NCBI GenBank assembly: GCA_002269645.1
Contig: NIVC01001751.1
Span: forward strand, 1-64,000
Source: Macrostomum lignano
Lineage: Eukaryota
DNA: 64,000 nucleotides
Direction of reading: 5' to 3'
The notes under the pieces were generated by a model. The model was not told the origin of the DNA and made no database searches. It saw nothing but the letters and a program-made list of their open reading frames with translations. The first letter of the stretch is position 1, and every line of letters begins with the position of its first letter. A program made the translations under genes and the position numbers. This document shows, piece after piece, positions 38,401 through 51,956 of the stretch.

Positions 38401-41400
38401 ACTGAAAACCATCGAAATTCTCTCTTTTAAACTGGACTCAATCGAAATTTTCTCCGTCAAAAAAAATAAATATCAGGATTCATTGGTTAGGGTTATTGTT
38501 AGGGTTAGAGTTAGGGTTAAAGCTACACACAGCTGCGTGTTCAAATAAAAATTGAACCAATTGAATCAATTGATTGCGCAACCGATTTCACAGTCAGTCA
38601 GTATCAGTCTCGGTTAAAGTTAACAAAAAGATTGCGCAATCTAAATCAACCCTCCAGTACACAGAGACCGACCTCTTTTCAATACGCAGTAGCAGTTAGA
38701 AATTGAACGCCGAACTGTTGGGGGCATTGAACCAAAAAATGAGTACAATCTTTGCATAAAGCTAAAAGTATGGAAATAGTTTTTTTGATGCTGCTCTTTT
38801 AGTCTTTATATTTATAGCAAACAATTTATATCCTCGAACTCAGCGTTGCAAGATCTTTTCAGCAGTATAAGTATCTTCTCTTAAAGTTTAGAACTCGAAG
38901 AGCAGTTAGCGTTTGAAAGTTCCCGTTTTAAGGCATTGAAATATCGCGTGTACGTTCACTGCCTGCCAAAGAGGCTCGCAAATTTATTCATTCATTACAC
39001 AGGCTGGCTATTACACAGGGCAGCCTATTGAAAGGCACAGATAATAAAACAAATTGATGGCGCAACCGATTTCACAGTCAGTCAGTATCAGTCTCAGTTA
39101 AAGTTAACAAAAACATTGCGCAATCTAAATCAACCCTCCAATACACAGCAGCAGTAAGAAGTTGAACCCTCCCCCAAACTTTATCTATTACGTCTCGCAA
39201 AACTGAGTACAATTTTTGCAGAAAGTTAAAAGTATGGAAATAGTTTTTTCAATGCTGTGCTTTTTCTTTTCATATTTAAAGCAAACAGTTTATATCCCTG
39301 AAATCAGCTTTGCAAGTTCTTTCCAGCAATATAAATTTTTTCTCTCAAAGTTAAAAACTCGAGCAACAGTTTGCGTTTGAAACTTTCTGATTTAAAGCAT
39401 TGAAATATCGATTGTACGTTCACTGCCTGCTAAAGAGGCCCGCAAGTTTATGCATTGAATTTCAACGTTCAACAAAATCACAGGGCTGCCTATTGAAAAT
39501 TAGAACACAAATCTTTGCGCAATTGTCTATACAGTCAGCCAGTGAGCCAGGGTCCGATTGTACACAGGCAGCCATTTAGAACGCCCCATCCCCCCACTGG
39601 AGAGAAAATACACTGCAGAGATAGGGAAAAGTTGTGGCGCAATCACTTGAAATTCATGCAAATTTTCAGCTCCAAGCAGAAAGAGGGGACAATTAAGATT
39701 ATCAAAGGTCAAGACCGCCGTTTTCTGCTTTTTTGAGGATCTTAGAAATTAAAATTTCAGAATTAAAATAGCCTATAGCCGACCTCGGATAATTTCCAAT
39801 CTTCCCATATAAGTTTCAACGCTGAGTTGCCACTATTCAAGGAGGAGTTGTCGAAATGACAGACAGACACACAGACAGACAGACAAACAACGCGTCAACT
39901 TTAGTATATACGAGTGGAACTCCTCCTTCGGAGGAGAAAGGGGAAGAACTCCCATCACCGGAATTCCATTCCCTGAAATCCATCAGCTGAAACTCCACTT
40001 GAATCTCATCTTCCAAATCGTCTCCAAATTCTTTACAAAATCTTTGAAAGACCATAGCTCAAAAACTCTCACGTCTCTCATATCTCCTCTCTCTTCTATT
40101 CGCTATTATCGTGACTCTCTTCTCTCTCCTCTCTCTCATCTCATCTCTACCCCTACTCCCTTATTAATCCTACTCCCTCGTCTTTCGTTTGTACCCTATC
40201 CTGTCTCTTGTCTCCTCTCTTCTCTCATATCTCTCCTCTTCACTTCTGTCTCCTGTCTCCTCTCTTCTCTCTTATCTCTCCCTCTTCTCTCCTCTCTCAT
40301 ATGTCATCTTTTCTTACTTATCTATCGTCTCTCTTAACCCTCTCTTTCTTCTCTTTTCTGTCCTATCTGCTTCTCATTTCTCATATCTCATATACGCTCT
40401 CACACTCTACTTTCTTGTCTCCCATCTTTCTTTCCACCTTACCACTATCCCCTGTCTCTTCTCTTCTCTCTTTTCTATCCTCTCCATTCTCTCATCTCTC
40501 CTCTCCTCACTACTTTCCTTCTCTTAACTCTCTTATCTCTGATCTTTCATCTCTTTCCTCTCTCCTCTCTCTCTCTCTTCTCCTCTCGCTTCTCTCTCTC
40601 CTCTCTCTCCTCTCATCTATACTACCTTATTTATATCTTCTCCCTGGTCTTTCGTCTCTACTCTCTCCTGTCTCATTTCTCCCCTCTTTTCTCCTCTCTT
40701 CTCTCTCCCCTCCTCTCTCATCTCTCATCCCTCATCTCACTCCTTCTTTCTCCTCTACTCTCCCCGCTTTTCTATTACCTCTGTACGCTCTTATCCCTCA
40801 TCTCTATTCTCTCTCCTATCGTCTCTCTTGTCTCCCTCTGCTATCTCATATTCCCCTCTCGTCTCCTCTCTCCTCTTCTCTTCTCTCTCCTTCGTTCCCG
40901 CCTTACTCACCTCTTCTCTCCCATCTGTCATGTCTAATCTCTCGTCTCATTTCTACTCTGTTTTCTATCATCTCATCTCATCTCTCTTCTCTTTTCATTA
41001 TTCTCTTTACTCTCTTCTCTGACTGATTGAAGATGCCAAATCCATCAAGATCCTCTCCACGAAGCAGAAATCCTGTCCGTGCAACTGAAAACCATCGAAA
41101 TCCTCTCCGTGAAACTGGACTCCTTCGAAATCCTCTCCTTGAAACTTAAATCCATCAAAATCACAAAAATCGTCTCCATAAAACAGAAATCAATCTCCGC
41201 GAAACAGAAATCCTCTCCGTGAAGCTGAACATCATCAAAATCCTCTCTGTGAAACTGAGCACCATCAAAATCCTCTCCACAAAACAGAAATCCTCTCTGT
41301 CAAAATTAAAACTTTGAAATCGTCTCCACTAAACTGGACTTAATCGCATTTTTTCCGTCAAACAACTCAACTCTCCGGATTCATTGGTTAGGGTTAGGGT

Positions 41401-44400
41401 TAGAGTTAGGGTTAGAACTACGCACAGCTTCGTGTTAAAAGGCACTGATAAAAATATTGAACTAATTGAATCATTTCATTGCGCAACCGATTTCACAGTC
41501 AGTCAGTATCAGTCTCAGTTAAAGTTAACAAAAACATTGCGCAATATAAATCAACACTCCAATACACAACAGCAGTGAGAAGTTGAACCCTCCCCCCCAA
41601 CTTTATCTATTACGTCTCGCAAAACTGAGTACAATCTTTGCAGCAAGTTAAAAGTATGGAAATAGTTTTTCAAATGCTGACATGCTGTGCTTTTTCTTTT
41701 CATATTTAAAGCAAACAACTTATATCCCCGAACTCAGCGTTGCAAGATCTTTCCAGCAATATAAGTATCTCCTCTCAAAGTTTAAAACTCGAGGAACAGT
41801 TAGCGTTTGAAATTTCCCAATTTCCCGACTGCTTGACTGAGAGGCTCGCAAGTTTGTTCATTGAATTTCATTGCCAAGCTAATACACAGGGCCGATAATA
41901 AAACCAATTGAATCTCGACACAGTCCTATCTATTTACACTGTACAACTGCTATGTACACTCAGCCCAAGCCCTACCCCCGTTCTGGGGGAATCATTAAAT
42001 TTAACTGTACCCCCCCAACACGCGGGGGGTTTTATTTGCATTGAACCCAGAACACGCGCACCCACCACCCCTCAATACACAGCGGCCCGCTGGCGGAGGT
42101 TGGGGTGGCTATTTTTACAAACTGGCTGAAGCCCTAGGCAGAGGGGCAAAAGAAGGTTAATGGGGGTTAGAAAAGCAGTTTTCTGCTTTTTTGAGGATCT
42201 TAGAAATTAAAATTTTAGAATTAAAATAGCCTATAGCCGACCTCGGATAATTTCCAATCTTCCCATATAAGTTTCAACGCTGAGTTGCCACTATTCAAGG
42301 AGGAGTTGTCGAAATGACAGACACACAGACAGACATACAGACAAACAACGCGTCAACTTTAGTATATATTTAGTATATATAGATAGATAGAGAGTGGAAC
42401 TCCTCCTTCGGAGGAGAAAGGGGAAGAACTCCCATCACCGGAATTCCATTCCCTGAATTATCCATCAACTGAAATTCCATGTCTTGAACCCCATCTTCCA
42501 AATCGTCTCCAAATTCTTTACAAACCTTTCAAAGACCATAGCTCAAAGACTCTTACGTCTCTCAAATCTACTCTCTCCTCTCTTCGCTATTATCGTGACT
42601 CGCTTCTCTCTCCTCTCTCTCATCTCATCTCTACCCCTACTCTCTTATTTATCTCTACTCCCTTATTTATCTCTTCTCCCTCGTCTTTCGTCTGTACCCT
42701 ATCCTGTCTACTCTCCTATCTTCTATCTTATCTCTCCCCTTTTCTCTCCTCTCTCATATCTAATCTCTAATCACTTATCTATCGTCTCCGCTCTACTTTC
42801 TCTCTTCTTTTTTCTCTCTTCTCTCTGCTCTCATTTCTCGTATCTCTTATACGCTCTCACCCTCTCCTTTCTTATCTCCCATCTTTCTTCCCTCCTTTCT
42901 ACTGCATCACCTGTCTCCTCTCTTCTCTTTTCTCTCCTCTCCATTCTCTCTTCTCTACTCTCATCTCCCCTCATCTCTTCTCTAATCTCTAATCTCTTCT
43001 CTCTCTTATTTTCTCACTCATCTCTTTTCTCATTGCATCTCTCATCTCTCCTCTCTCTCTCTCCTCTCATCTGTACTATCTTTTTTATCTCTTCTCCCAG
43101 GTCTTTCAAATTTACTCTCTCCTGTCTCCTCTCTCCCCTCGTCTTTCCTCTCTCATATCTCTTCTCTACTCACTTATATATTCTCTCTCCTCTGCTCCCC
43201 TTTTACACTTTCCTATATGCTCTCACTCTCACCCTCCCCTTTCTTATCTGCTGTTTTTACACTCCTTTCTACCACCTGTCTCCTCTCGTTTCTCTCCTCT
43301 CTGCACTCTCATCTTTACCCTCTTCTTTCTCCTCACTACTTTCTTCTCTTAAATCTCTGATCTCTGATCTTTCATCTCTCTCCTCTCACCTCTCACCTCT
43401 CTCCTCTCTTTCCTCTCTTCTATTGCCTCTGTACGCTCTTGTCCCTCCTTTCTTCTCCATCCTGTCTCCTCTCTGCAATCTCATATCTCCTCTCTCATAT
43501 CCTCTCCCTTCATCTCCTCTCTCCTCTTCTCTTCTCTCTCCTTCGTTCCCGCCTTACTTTCCTCTTCTCTCCCATCTGTCATGTCTAATCTCTCCACTCA
43601 TTTCTACTCTGTTTTCTATCATCTCATCTCTCTTCTCTTTTCATTCTTCTCTTTACTCTCTTCTCTGACTGATTGAAGATGCCAAATCCATCAAGATCCT
43701 CTCCGCGAAGCAGAAATCCTGTCCGTGCAACTGAAAACCATCGAAATCCTCTCCGTGAAACTGGACTCCTTCGAAATCCTCTCCTTGAAACTTAAATCCA
43801 TCAAAATCGTCTCCATAAAACAGAAATCAATCATAAATTATCTCCGCGAAACAGAAATCCTCTCCGTGAAGCTGAACATCATCGAAATCCTCTCCGTGAA
43901 ACTGAACACCTTCGAAATCCTCTCCGTGAAACTGAACACCTTCGAAATCCTCTCCTTGAAACTTAAATCTATCAAAATCGTCTCCATAAAGCAGAAATCA
44001 ATCATAAATTTAACTCCGCGAAACAGAAATCCTCTCCGTGAAGCTGAACATCATCAAAATCCTCTCCGTGAAACTGAGCACCATCGAAATCCTCTCCACG
44101 AAACAGAAATCCTCTTTGTCAAAATTAAAACATTGAAATCGTCTCCGCTAAACTGGACTCAATCAATTTTTTCCGTCAAACAACTCAACTCTCCGGATTC
44201 ATTGGTTAGGGTTAGGGTTAGGGTTAGAACTACGCACAGCTTCGTGTTAAAAGGCACTGATAAACTATTGAACTAATTGAATCAATTCATTGCGCAACCG
44301 ATTTCACAGTCAGTCAGTCAGTATCAGTCTCAGTTAAAGTTAACAAAAACATTGCGCAATCTAAATCAACCCTCCAATACAAAGCAACTGACCCCCTTCC

Positions 44401-47400
44401 TATACACAGCGCCAGTTGGAAGTCGAAACCCCCAACTTTATCTCTCACCTCTCGCCAAAATGAGTACAATCTTTGCAGAAAGTTTAAAGTATGGAAATAG
44501 TTTTTGCAATGCAGAGCTTTTAGTTTTCATATTTGAAGCAAACAATTTATATCCCTGAAATCAGCTTTGCAAGTTCTTTCCAGCAATATAAATTTTTTCT
44601 CTCAAAGTTAAAAACTCGAGCAACAGTTTGCGTTTGAAACTTTCTGATTTAAAGCATTGAAATATCGATTGTACGTTCACTGCCTGCTAAAGAGGCCCGC
44701 AAGTTTATGCATTGAATTTCAAGGTTCAACAAAATCACAGGGCTGCCTATTGAAAATTAGAACACAAATCTTTGCGCAATTGTCTATACAGTCAGCCAGT
44801 GAGCCAGGGTCCGATTGTACACAGGCAGCCATTTAGAACGCCCCATCCCCCCACTGGAGAGAAAATACACTGCAGAGATAGGGAAAAGTTGTGGCGCAAT
44901 CACTTGAAATTCATGCAAATTTTCAGCTCCAAGCAGAAAGAGGGGACAATTAAGATTATCAAAGGTCAAGACCGCCGTTTTCTGCTTTTTTGAGGATTTT
45001 AGAAATTAAAATTTCAGAATTAAAATAGCCTATAGCCGACCTCGGATAATTTCCAATCTTCCCATATAAGTTTCAACGCTGAGTTGCCACTATTCAAGGA
45101 GGAGTTGTCGAAATGACAGACAGACACACAGACAGACAGACAAACAACGCGTCAACTTTAGTATATACGAGGCCAACTCCTCTTTCGGAGAAGAAAGGGG
45201 AAGAACTCCAATCAGCGGAATTCCATTCCCTGAACTCCATCAGCGGAATCCCATTTTCCAACACCTCTCCGCGCAACAGAAATCGTCTCCGTGAAACTGA
45301 ACACCATCGAAATATTCTCCGCGAAATAGAAATCCTCTCCGTGAAACTGGACTAAATCGAAATTTCTACGTCAAACAGCCCAGCTCTCAGAATTCATTGG
45401 TTAAGGTTAGGGTTAGGGTTAGAGCTACACACAGCTGCGTGTTGAAAGACGCCGTAAAAACATTGAACCAATTAAATTGCGCAACTTATTTCTCAGGCAG
45501 TCAGTATCAGCCTCAGTTAAAGTTAACAAAAAGATTGCGCAATCTAAATCAACCCTCAAATACACAGCAACCGACCCCCCTTCCAATACGCAGTGCAGCT
45601 AGAAATTGAACCCCCCCCACCAACTATTGGGGGGTCGGTCGAACCCCCATTGAACTCCAAAATGAGCACAATCTTTGCAGAAAGCTAAAAGTATGAAAAT
45701 CTTTTCTTGAATGCTGTGAATTTAATTTTCATATTTAAAGCAAAAAACTTATATCCCCGAACTCATTGCAGCAAGATCTTTCCAGCAATATAAGTCTCTC
45801 CTCTCTAAGTTCAAAACTCGAGCAACAGTTAGTGTTTGAAACTTTCTGATTTTAAGCATTGAAATATCGAGTGTACGTTCACTGCCTGCTAAAGATGCTC
45901 GCAAGTTTATGCATTAAAATGCACTGAATTTCACTGTGCAAAAAATACACAGGGCTTCCTGTTAAAAAACAGAACACAAATAGTTGCGCAATTGTCTATA
46001 AAGTCAGTCAGTGAGCCAGGGTTCAAGTGTACACACGCAGCCACTGAGAACGCGACCATCCCCCACTTGAGAGAAAATACACTGCCAAGATAGAAAAATT
46101 TTATGGCGCAATCACTAAAATTTATGCAAATTTTCAGCTCCAAGCAGAAAGAGGGGACAATTAAGATTATCAAAGGTCAAGACCGCCATTTTCTGCTTTT
46201 TTAGGGATCTTAAAAATTGAAAATGAAAGATTAAAATAGCCTAAAGCCATCCTCGGAAAATTTGCAGTTTTCCCATATAAGTTTCAACGCTGACTTGCAA
46301 GTATTCTAGGAGGAGTTATCCAACAAACACACACACACACAGACAAACAACGCACCAACTTTAGTATTTTTACGAGGCCAACTCCTCCTTCGGAGAAGAA
46401 AGGGGAAGAACTCCAATCAGCGGAATTCCATTCCCTGAACTCCATCAGCGGAATCCCATTTTCCAACACCTCTCCGCGCAACAGAAATCGTCTCCGTGAA
46501 ACTGAACACTATCGAAATCCTCTCCGTGAAACTGAACACCATCGAAATATTCTCCGCGAAATAGAAATCCTCTCCGTGAAACTGGACTAAATCGAAATTT
46601 CTACGTCAAACAGCCCAGCTCTCAGAATTCATTGGTTAGGGTTAGGGTTAGGGTTAGAGCTACACACAGCTGCGTGTTGAACGGCGCCGTAAAAACATTG
46701 AACCAATTAAATTGCGCAACTTATTTCTCAGGCAGTCAGTATCAGCCTCAGTTAAAGTTAACACAAAGATTGCGCAATCTAAATCAACCCTCCAATACAC
46801 AGCAACCGACCCCCCTTCCAATACGCAGTGCAGCTAGAAATTGAACCCCCCCACCAACTATTGGGGGGTCGGTCGAACCCCCATTGAACTCCAAAATGAG
46901 AACAATCTTTGCAGAAAGCTAAAAGTATGAAAATCTTTTCTTGAATGCTGTGAATTTAATTTTCATATTTAAAGCAAAAAACTTATATCCCCGAACTCAG
47001 CGCTGCAAGCTCTTTCCAGCAATAAAAGTCTCGTCTCTCAAAGTTAAAAAATCGAGCAACAGTTAGCGTTTGAAACTTTCTGATTTTAAGCATTGAAATA
47101 TCGAGTGTACCTTCACTGCCTGCTAAAGATGCTCGCGAGTTTATGCATTAAAATGCACTGAATTTCACTGTGCAAAAAATACACAGGGCTTCCTGTTAAA
47201 AAACAGAACACAAATAGTTGCGCAATTGTCTATAAAGTCAGCCAGTGAGCCAGGGTCCGATTGTACACACGCCGCCAATGAGAACGCGCCCATTCCCCCA
47301 CAGGAGAGAAAATGCACTGGCGACATAGGAAAAAGTTGTGGCGTAATCACTCAAAATTTATGCCAATTTTCAGCTCCGAGCAGAAAAAGTGTCCAGAGAA

Positions 47401-50400
47401 GGTTAGGAAATCAGATTTCTGCTTTTTTAGGGATCTTAAAATTAAAAAATGAAAGATTAAAACAGCCTAAAGCCGATTCCGGAAAATTTGCAGTATTCCC
47501 ATATAAGTTTCAACGCTGAGTTGCACGTAGTCTAGGAGGAGATATCCTACAAACAAACAGACAAACAAACAAACAAACAACGCACCAACTTTAGTATTAA
47601 GACGAGTGGAACTCCTCCTTCGGAGGAGAAAGGGGAAGAACTCCCATCACCGGAATTCTATTCCCTGAAATATCCATCAACTGAAATTCCATGTCTTTAA
47701 CCCTATCTTCCAAATCGTCTCCAAATTCTTTACAAAATCTTTCAAAGACCATAGCTCAAAGACTCTCAAGTCTCTCATATCTCCTCTCTCCTCTCTCTCA
47801 TCTCATCTCTACCCCTGCTCCCTTATTTATCTCTTCTCCCTCGTCTTTCGTCTGTACCTTCTCCTGTCTTCTGTCTCCTCTCTTCACTCTTATCTCTCCC
47901 TCTTCTCTCCTCTCTCATATGTCATCTCTACTCACTTATCTATCGTCTCTCTTAACCCTCTCTCTCTCTTCTCTTTTCTCTTCTCTCTGCTCTCATTTCT
48001 CATATTTCATATACGCTCTGACACTACTTTCTTGTCTCCCATCTTTCTTCCTCCTTTTCACTATCCCCTGTCTCTTCTCTTCTCTCTTTTCTATTCTCTC
48101 CATTCTCTCTTTTCTCCTTTCCTTGCTCCTTTCATCTCTCTCCTCTCTCCTCACTCTCTTCTCCTTTCGCTTCTCTCTCCTCTCTCTCCTCTCATCTTTA
48201 CTACCTTATTTATATCTTCTCCCTAGTCTTTCGTCTGTACTCTCTCCTGTCTCCTCTCTCCCCTCCTCTCTCATCCCTCATCTCCTCATCTCCTCATCTC
48301 ACTCTTTCTTTCTCCTCTACTCTCCCCTCTCTTCTATTGCCTCTGTACGCTCTTATCCCTCATCTATTCTCTCTCCTATCATCTCCAATCGGTCATGTCT
48401 AATCTCTCCACTCAATTTTACTCTGTTTTCTATCATCTCTTCTCTCTTCTCTTTTCAGTCTTCTCTTTACTCTCTTCTCTGACTGATTGAAGATGCCAAA
48501 TCCATCAAAATCCTCTCCGCGAAGCAAAAATCCTGTCTGTGCAACTAAAAACCATCGAAATCCTCTCAGTGAAACTGGACTCCTTCGAAATCCTCTCCTT
48601 GAAACCTGAATCCATCAAAATTGTTTCCATAAAACAGAAATCAATCATAAATTATCTCAGCGAAACAGAAAGCCTCTCCGTGAAGCTGAACATGATCGAA
48701 ATCCTCTCCGTGAAACTGAACACCATGGAAATCCTTTCGTGAAACTGAACATCATCGAAATCCTCTCCACGAAACAGAAATCTTCTCCGTCAGAATTTAA
48801 ACATTGAAATCGTCTCCGCTAAACTTGACTTAATCGAATTTTTTCCGTCAAACAACTCAACTCGCCAGATTCATTAGGGTTAGGGTTAGGGTTAGGGTTA
48901 GAACTACGCACAGCTTCGTGTTAAAAGGCACAGATAAAAATATTGAACTAATTGAATCAATTCATTGCGCAACCGATTTCACAGTCAGTCAGTATCAGCC
49001 TCAGGTAAAGTTAACAAAAGATTGCGCAATCTAAATCAACCCTCCAATCCACAGCTGTAGTGAGAAGTTGAACCCTCCCCCCAACTTTATCTATTACGTC
49101 TTGCAAAACTGAGTACAATATTTGCAAAAAGTTAAAAGTATGGAAATAGTTTTCCAAATGCTGTGCTTTTTCTTTTCATAGTTAAAGCAAACAACTTATA
49201 TCCCCGAACTCAGCGTTGCAAGATCTTGCCAGCAATATAAGTTTCTCCTCTCAAAGTTTAAAACTCGAGGAACAGTTAGCGTTTGAAACTGTCTGATTTA
49301 TAGCATTGAAGTATCGAGTGTACGTTCACTGCCTGCTTGCAAGTTGATGCATTGAATTTCAATGTCCAACAAATACACAGGACTGCCCATTGATAGGCAG
49401 GAAAACTTATCAGTAGCCATATCATTGCGCAATTATCTATAAAGTCAGCCAGTGAGCCAGGGTCCAATTGTACACACGCCGCCAATGAGAACGCGCCCAT
49501 TCCCCCACAGGAGAGAAAATGCACTGGCGACATAGGAAAAAGTTGTGGCGTAATCACTCAAAATTTATGCCAATTTTCAGCTCCGAGCAGAAAGAGGGGA
49601 CAATTAAGATTATCAAAGGTCAAGACCGCCGTTTTCTGCTTTTTTAGGGATCTTAAAAATTGAAAATGAAAGATTAAAATAGCCTAAAGCCATCCTCGGA
49701 AAATTTGCAGTTTTCCCATATAAGTTTCAACGCTGAGTTGCAAGTATTCTAGGAGGAGTTATCGAACTGACATACAGACAGACAAACAACGCGTCAACTT
49801 TAGTATATACGAGGCCAACTCCTCCTTCGGAGAAGAAAGGGGAAGAACTCCAATCAGCGGAATTCCATTCCCTGAACTCCATCAGCGGAATCCCATTTTC
49901 CAACACCTCTCCGCGCAACAGAAATCGTCTCCGTGAAACTGAACACTATCGAAATCCTCTCCGTGAAACTGAACACCATCGAAATATTCTCCGCGAAATA
50001 GAAATCCTCTCCGTGAAACTGGACTAAATCGAAATTTCTACGTCAAACAGCCCAGCTCTCAGAATTCATTGGTTAGGGTTAGGGTTAGAGCTACACACAG
50101 CTGCGTGTTGAAAGGCTCCATAAAAACATTGAACCAATTAAATTGCGCAACTTATTTCTCAGGCAGTCAGTATCAGCGTCGGTTAAAGTTAACAAAAAGA
50201 TTGCGCAATCTAAATCAGCCCTCCAATACACAGCAACCGACCCCCTTCCAATACGCAGTGCAGCTAGAAATTGAACCCCCCTACCAACTATTGGGGGGGG
50301 GTCGGTCGAACCCCCATTGAACTCCAAAATGAGCAAAATCTTTGCAGAAAGCTAAAAGTATGAAAATCTTTTCTTGAATGCTGTGAATTTAATTTTCATA

Positions 50401-51063
50401 TTTAAAGCAAAAAACTTATATCCCCGAACTCATCGCAGCAAGATCTTTCCAGCAATAAAAGTCTCGTCTCTCAAAGTTCAAAACTCGAGCAACAGTTAGT
50501 GTTTGAAACTTTCTGATTTTAAGCATTGAAATATCGAGTGTACGTTCACTGCCTGCTAAAGATGCTCGCAAGTTTATGCATTAAAATGCACTGAATTTCA
50601 CTGTGCAAAAAATACACAGGGCTTCCTGTTAAAAAACAGAACACAAATAGTTGCGCAATTGTCTATAAAGTCAGTCAGTGAGCCAGGGTTCAAGTGTACA
50701 CACGCAGCCACTGAGAACGCGACCATCCCCCACTTGAGAGAAAATACACTGCCAAGATAGAAAAATTTTATGGCGCAATCACTAAAATTGATGCAAATTT
50801 TCAGCTCCAAGCAGAAAGAGGGGACAATTAAGATTATCAAAGGTCAAGACCGCCATTTTCTGCTTTTTTAGGGATCTTAAAAATTGAAAATGAAAGATTA
50901 AAATAGCCTAAAGCCATCCTCGGAAAATTTGCAGTTTTCCCATATAAGTTTCAACGCTGACTTGCAAGTATTCTAGGAGGAGTTATCCAACAAACACACA
51001 CACACACAGACAAACAACGCACCAGTTTTAGTATTAAGAGATAGATAGATAGATAGATAGAGA
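32468..51063 (-). mobile_element. Head-to-tail array of nine non-autonomous Helitron-like family B units (1.2-2.8 kb)
   Basis: Units start (+ coordinates) at 32468, 34334, 37108, 39911, 42391, 45168, 46373, 47603 and 49810. On the - strand each starts T(C/A)...TACTAAA followed by a (TGTC)n-like microsatellite and ends with the hairpin CTCCTCC-GAA-GGAGGAG plus ...CTCG. Outer 5' end A|TC at 51064/51063. No RepHel ORF. Confidence 0.82.
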
Positions 51064-51128
51064 TTTAGTCACAACAAAAGGCCGAAATGAAGAATGAATG
51101 AGATTGGGCTGGGTAAGGGCGGCCACCG

Positions 51129-51309
51129 CTAGCCCAGGTAGCCGCCGGACGGAATGCGCCGCAGGTCCAGCCGCCTGTGAAGTCTGAACAGGGCCAGCAG
51201 TACCAGCAGCACGGAGAGCAGCAGCAGCAGGTACTGATAGGTGCTGGCCAGGGAGCTGCTGCGCCGGCCTCTGTGCCGCTGCCGGTCCAGTTCCAGGCGC
51301 TGCACCTCT
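51129..51309 (-). CDS. ENTPD4: ENTPD4/7-type nucleoside diphosphatase, exon 6 (C-terminal TM helix, stop)
   Basis: EVQRLE...YQYLLLLLSVLLVLLALFRLHRR...GYLG*; tttaactcgcag|A, phase 2. Confidence 0.88.
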
Positions 51310-51337
51310 CTGCGAGTTAAATGGTGGTGGCCTACAC

Positions 51338-51378
51338 TGTCTGTCTGTCTGTCTGCCTGTCTGTCTGTCTGTCTGCCC

Positions 51379-51428
<50 letters not shown>

Positions 51429-51514
51429 GTGTCCGTCTGTCTGTCTGTCTGCCTGTCTGTCTGTCTGCCCGTCTGTCTGCCTGTCTGTCTGTCTGTCTGT
51501 CTGTCTGTCTGCCC

Positions 51515-51582
<68 letters not shown>

Positions 51583-51606
51583 GCCCGTCTGTCTGTCTGT
51601 CTGCCC

Positions 51607-51662
<56 letters not shown>

Positions 51663-51665
51663 GGC

Positions 51666-51729
<64 letters not shown>
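51338..51729. repeat. (TGTC)n microsatellite in ENTPD intron 5
   Basis: Visible directly. Confidence 0.97.
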
Positions 51730-51794
51730 AGGCCTCATTAAGTGCCTGTCCAGCCCTAGATTCTACAAGTCTACAGTCATAGACAGCTGTATAC

Positions 51795-51956
51795 CTTAGC
51801 GGGAAATAGCGCGTCCTGTGCAGTATGGCCCCCAGAGTCCATTGCACTTCGGTGCCGTGAATAGCGGACACGGATTGGAACCGGCGATAATTGCGCGGAA
51901 ACCGTAGGCCGTAGTGCAGAACGGCCAGAATCCAGGCCGACTTGAAGCATTGGAAT
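51795..51956 (-). CDS. ENTPD4: ENTPD4/7 exon 5 (ACR5)
   Basis: FQCFKSAWILAVLHYGLRFP...VQWTLGAILHRTRYFPLR; phase 2/2. Confidence 0.92.

Noticed and set aside
33388-50090. True chromosome end or telomere fusion site
   Set aside because: Tracts are only 2-4 repeats, all in one orientation, and embedded at a fixed position in each mobile unit.
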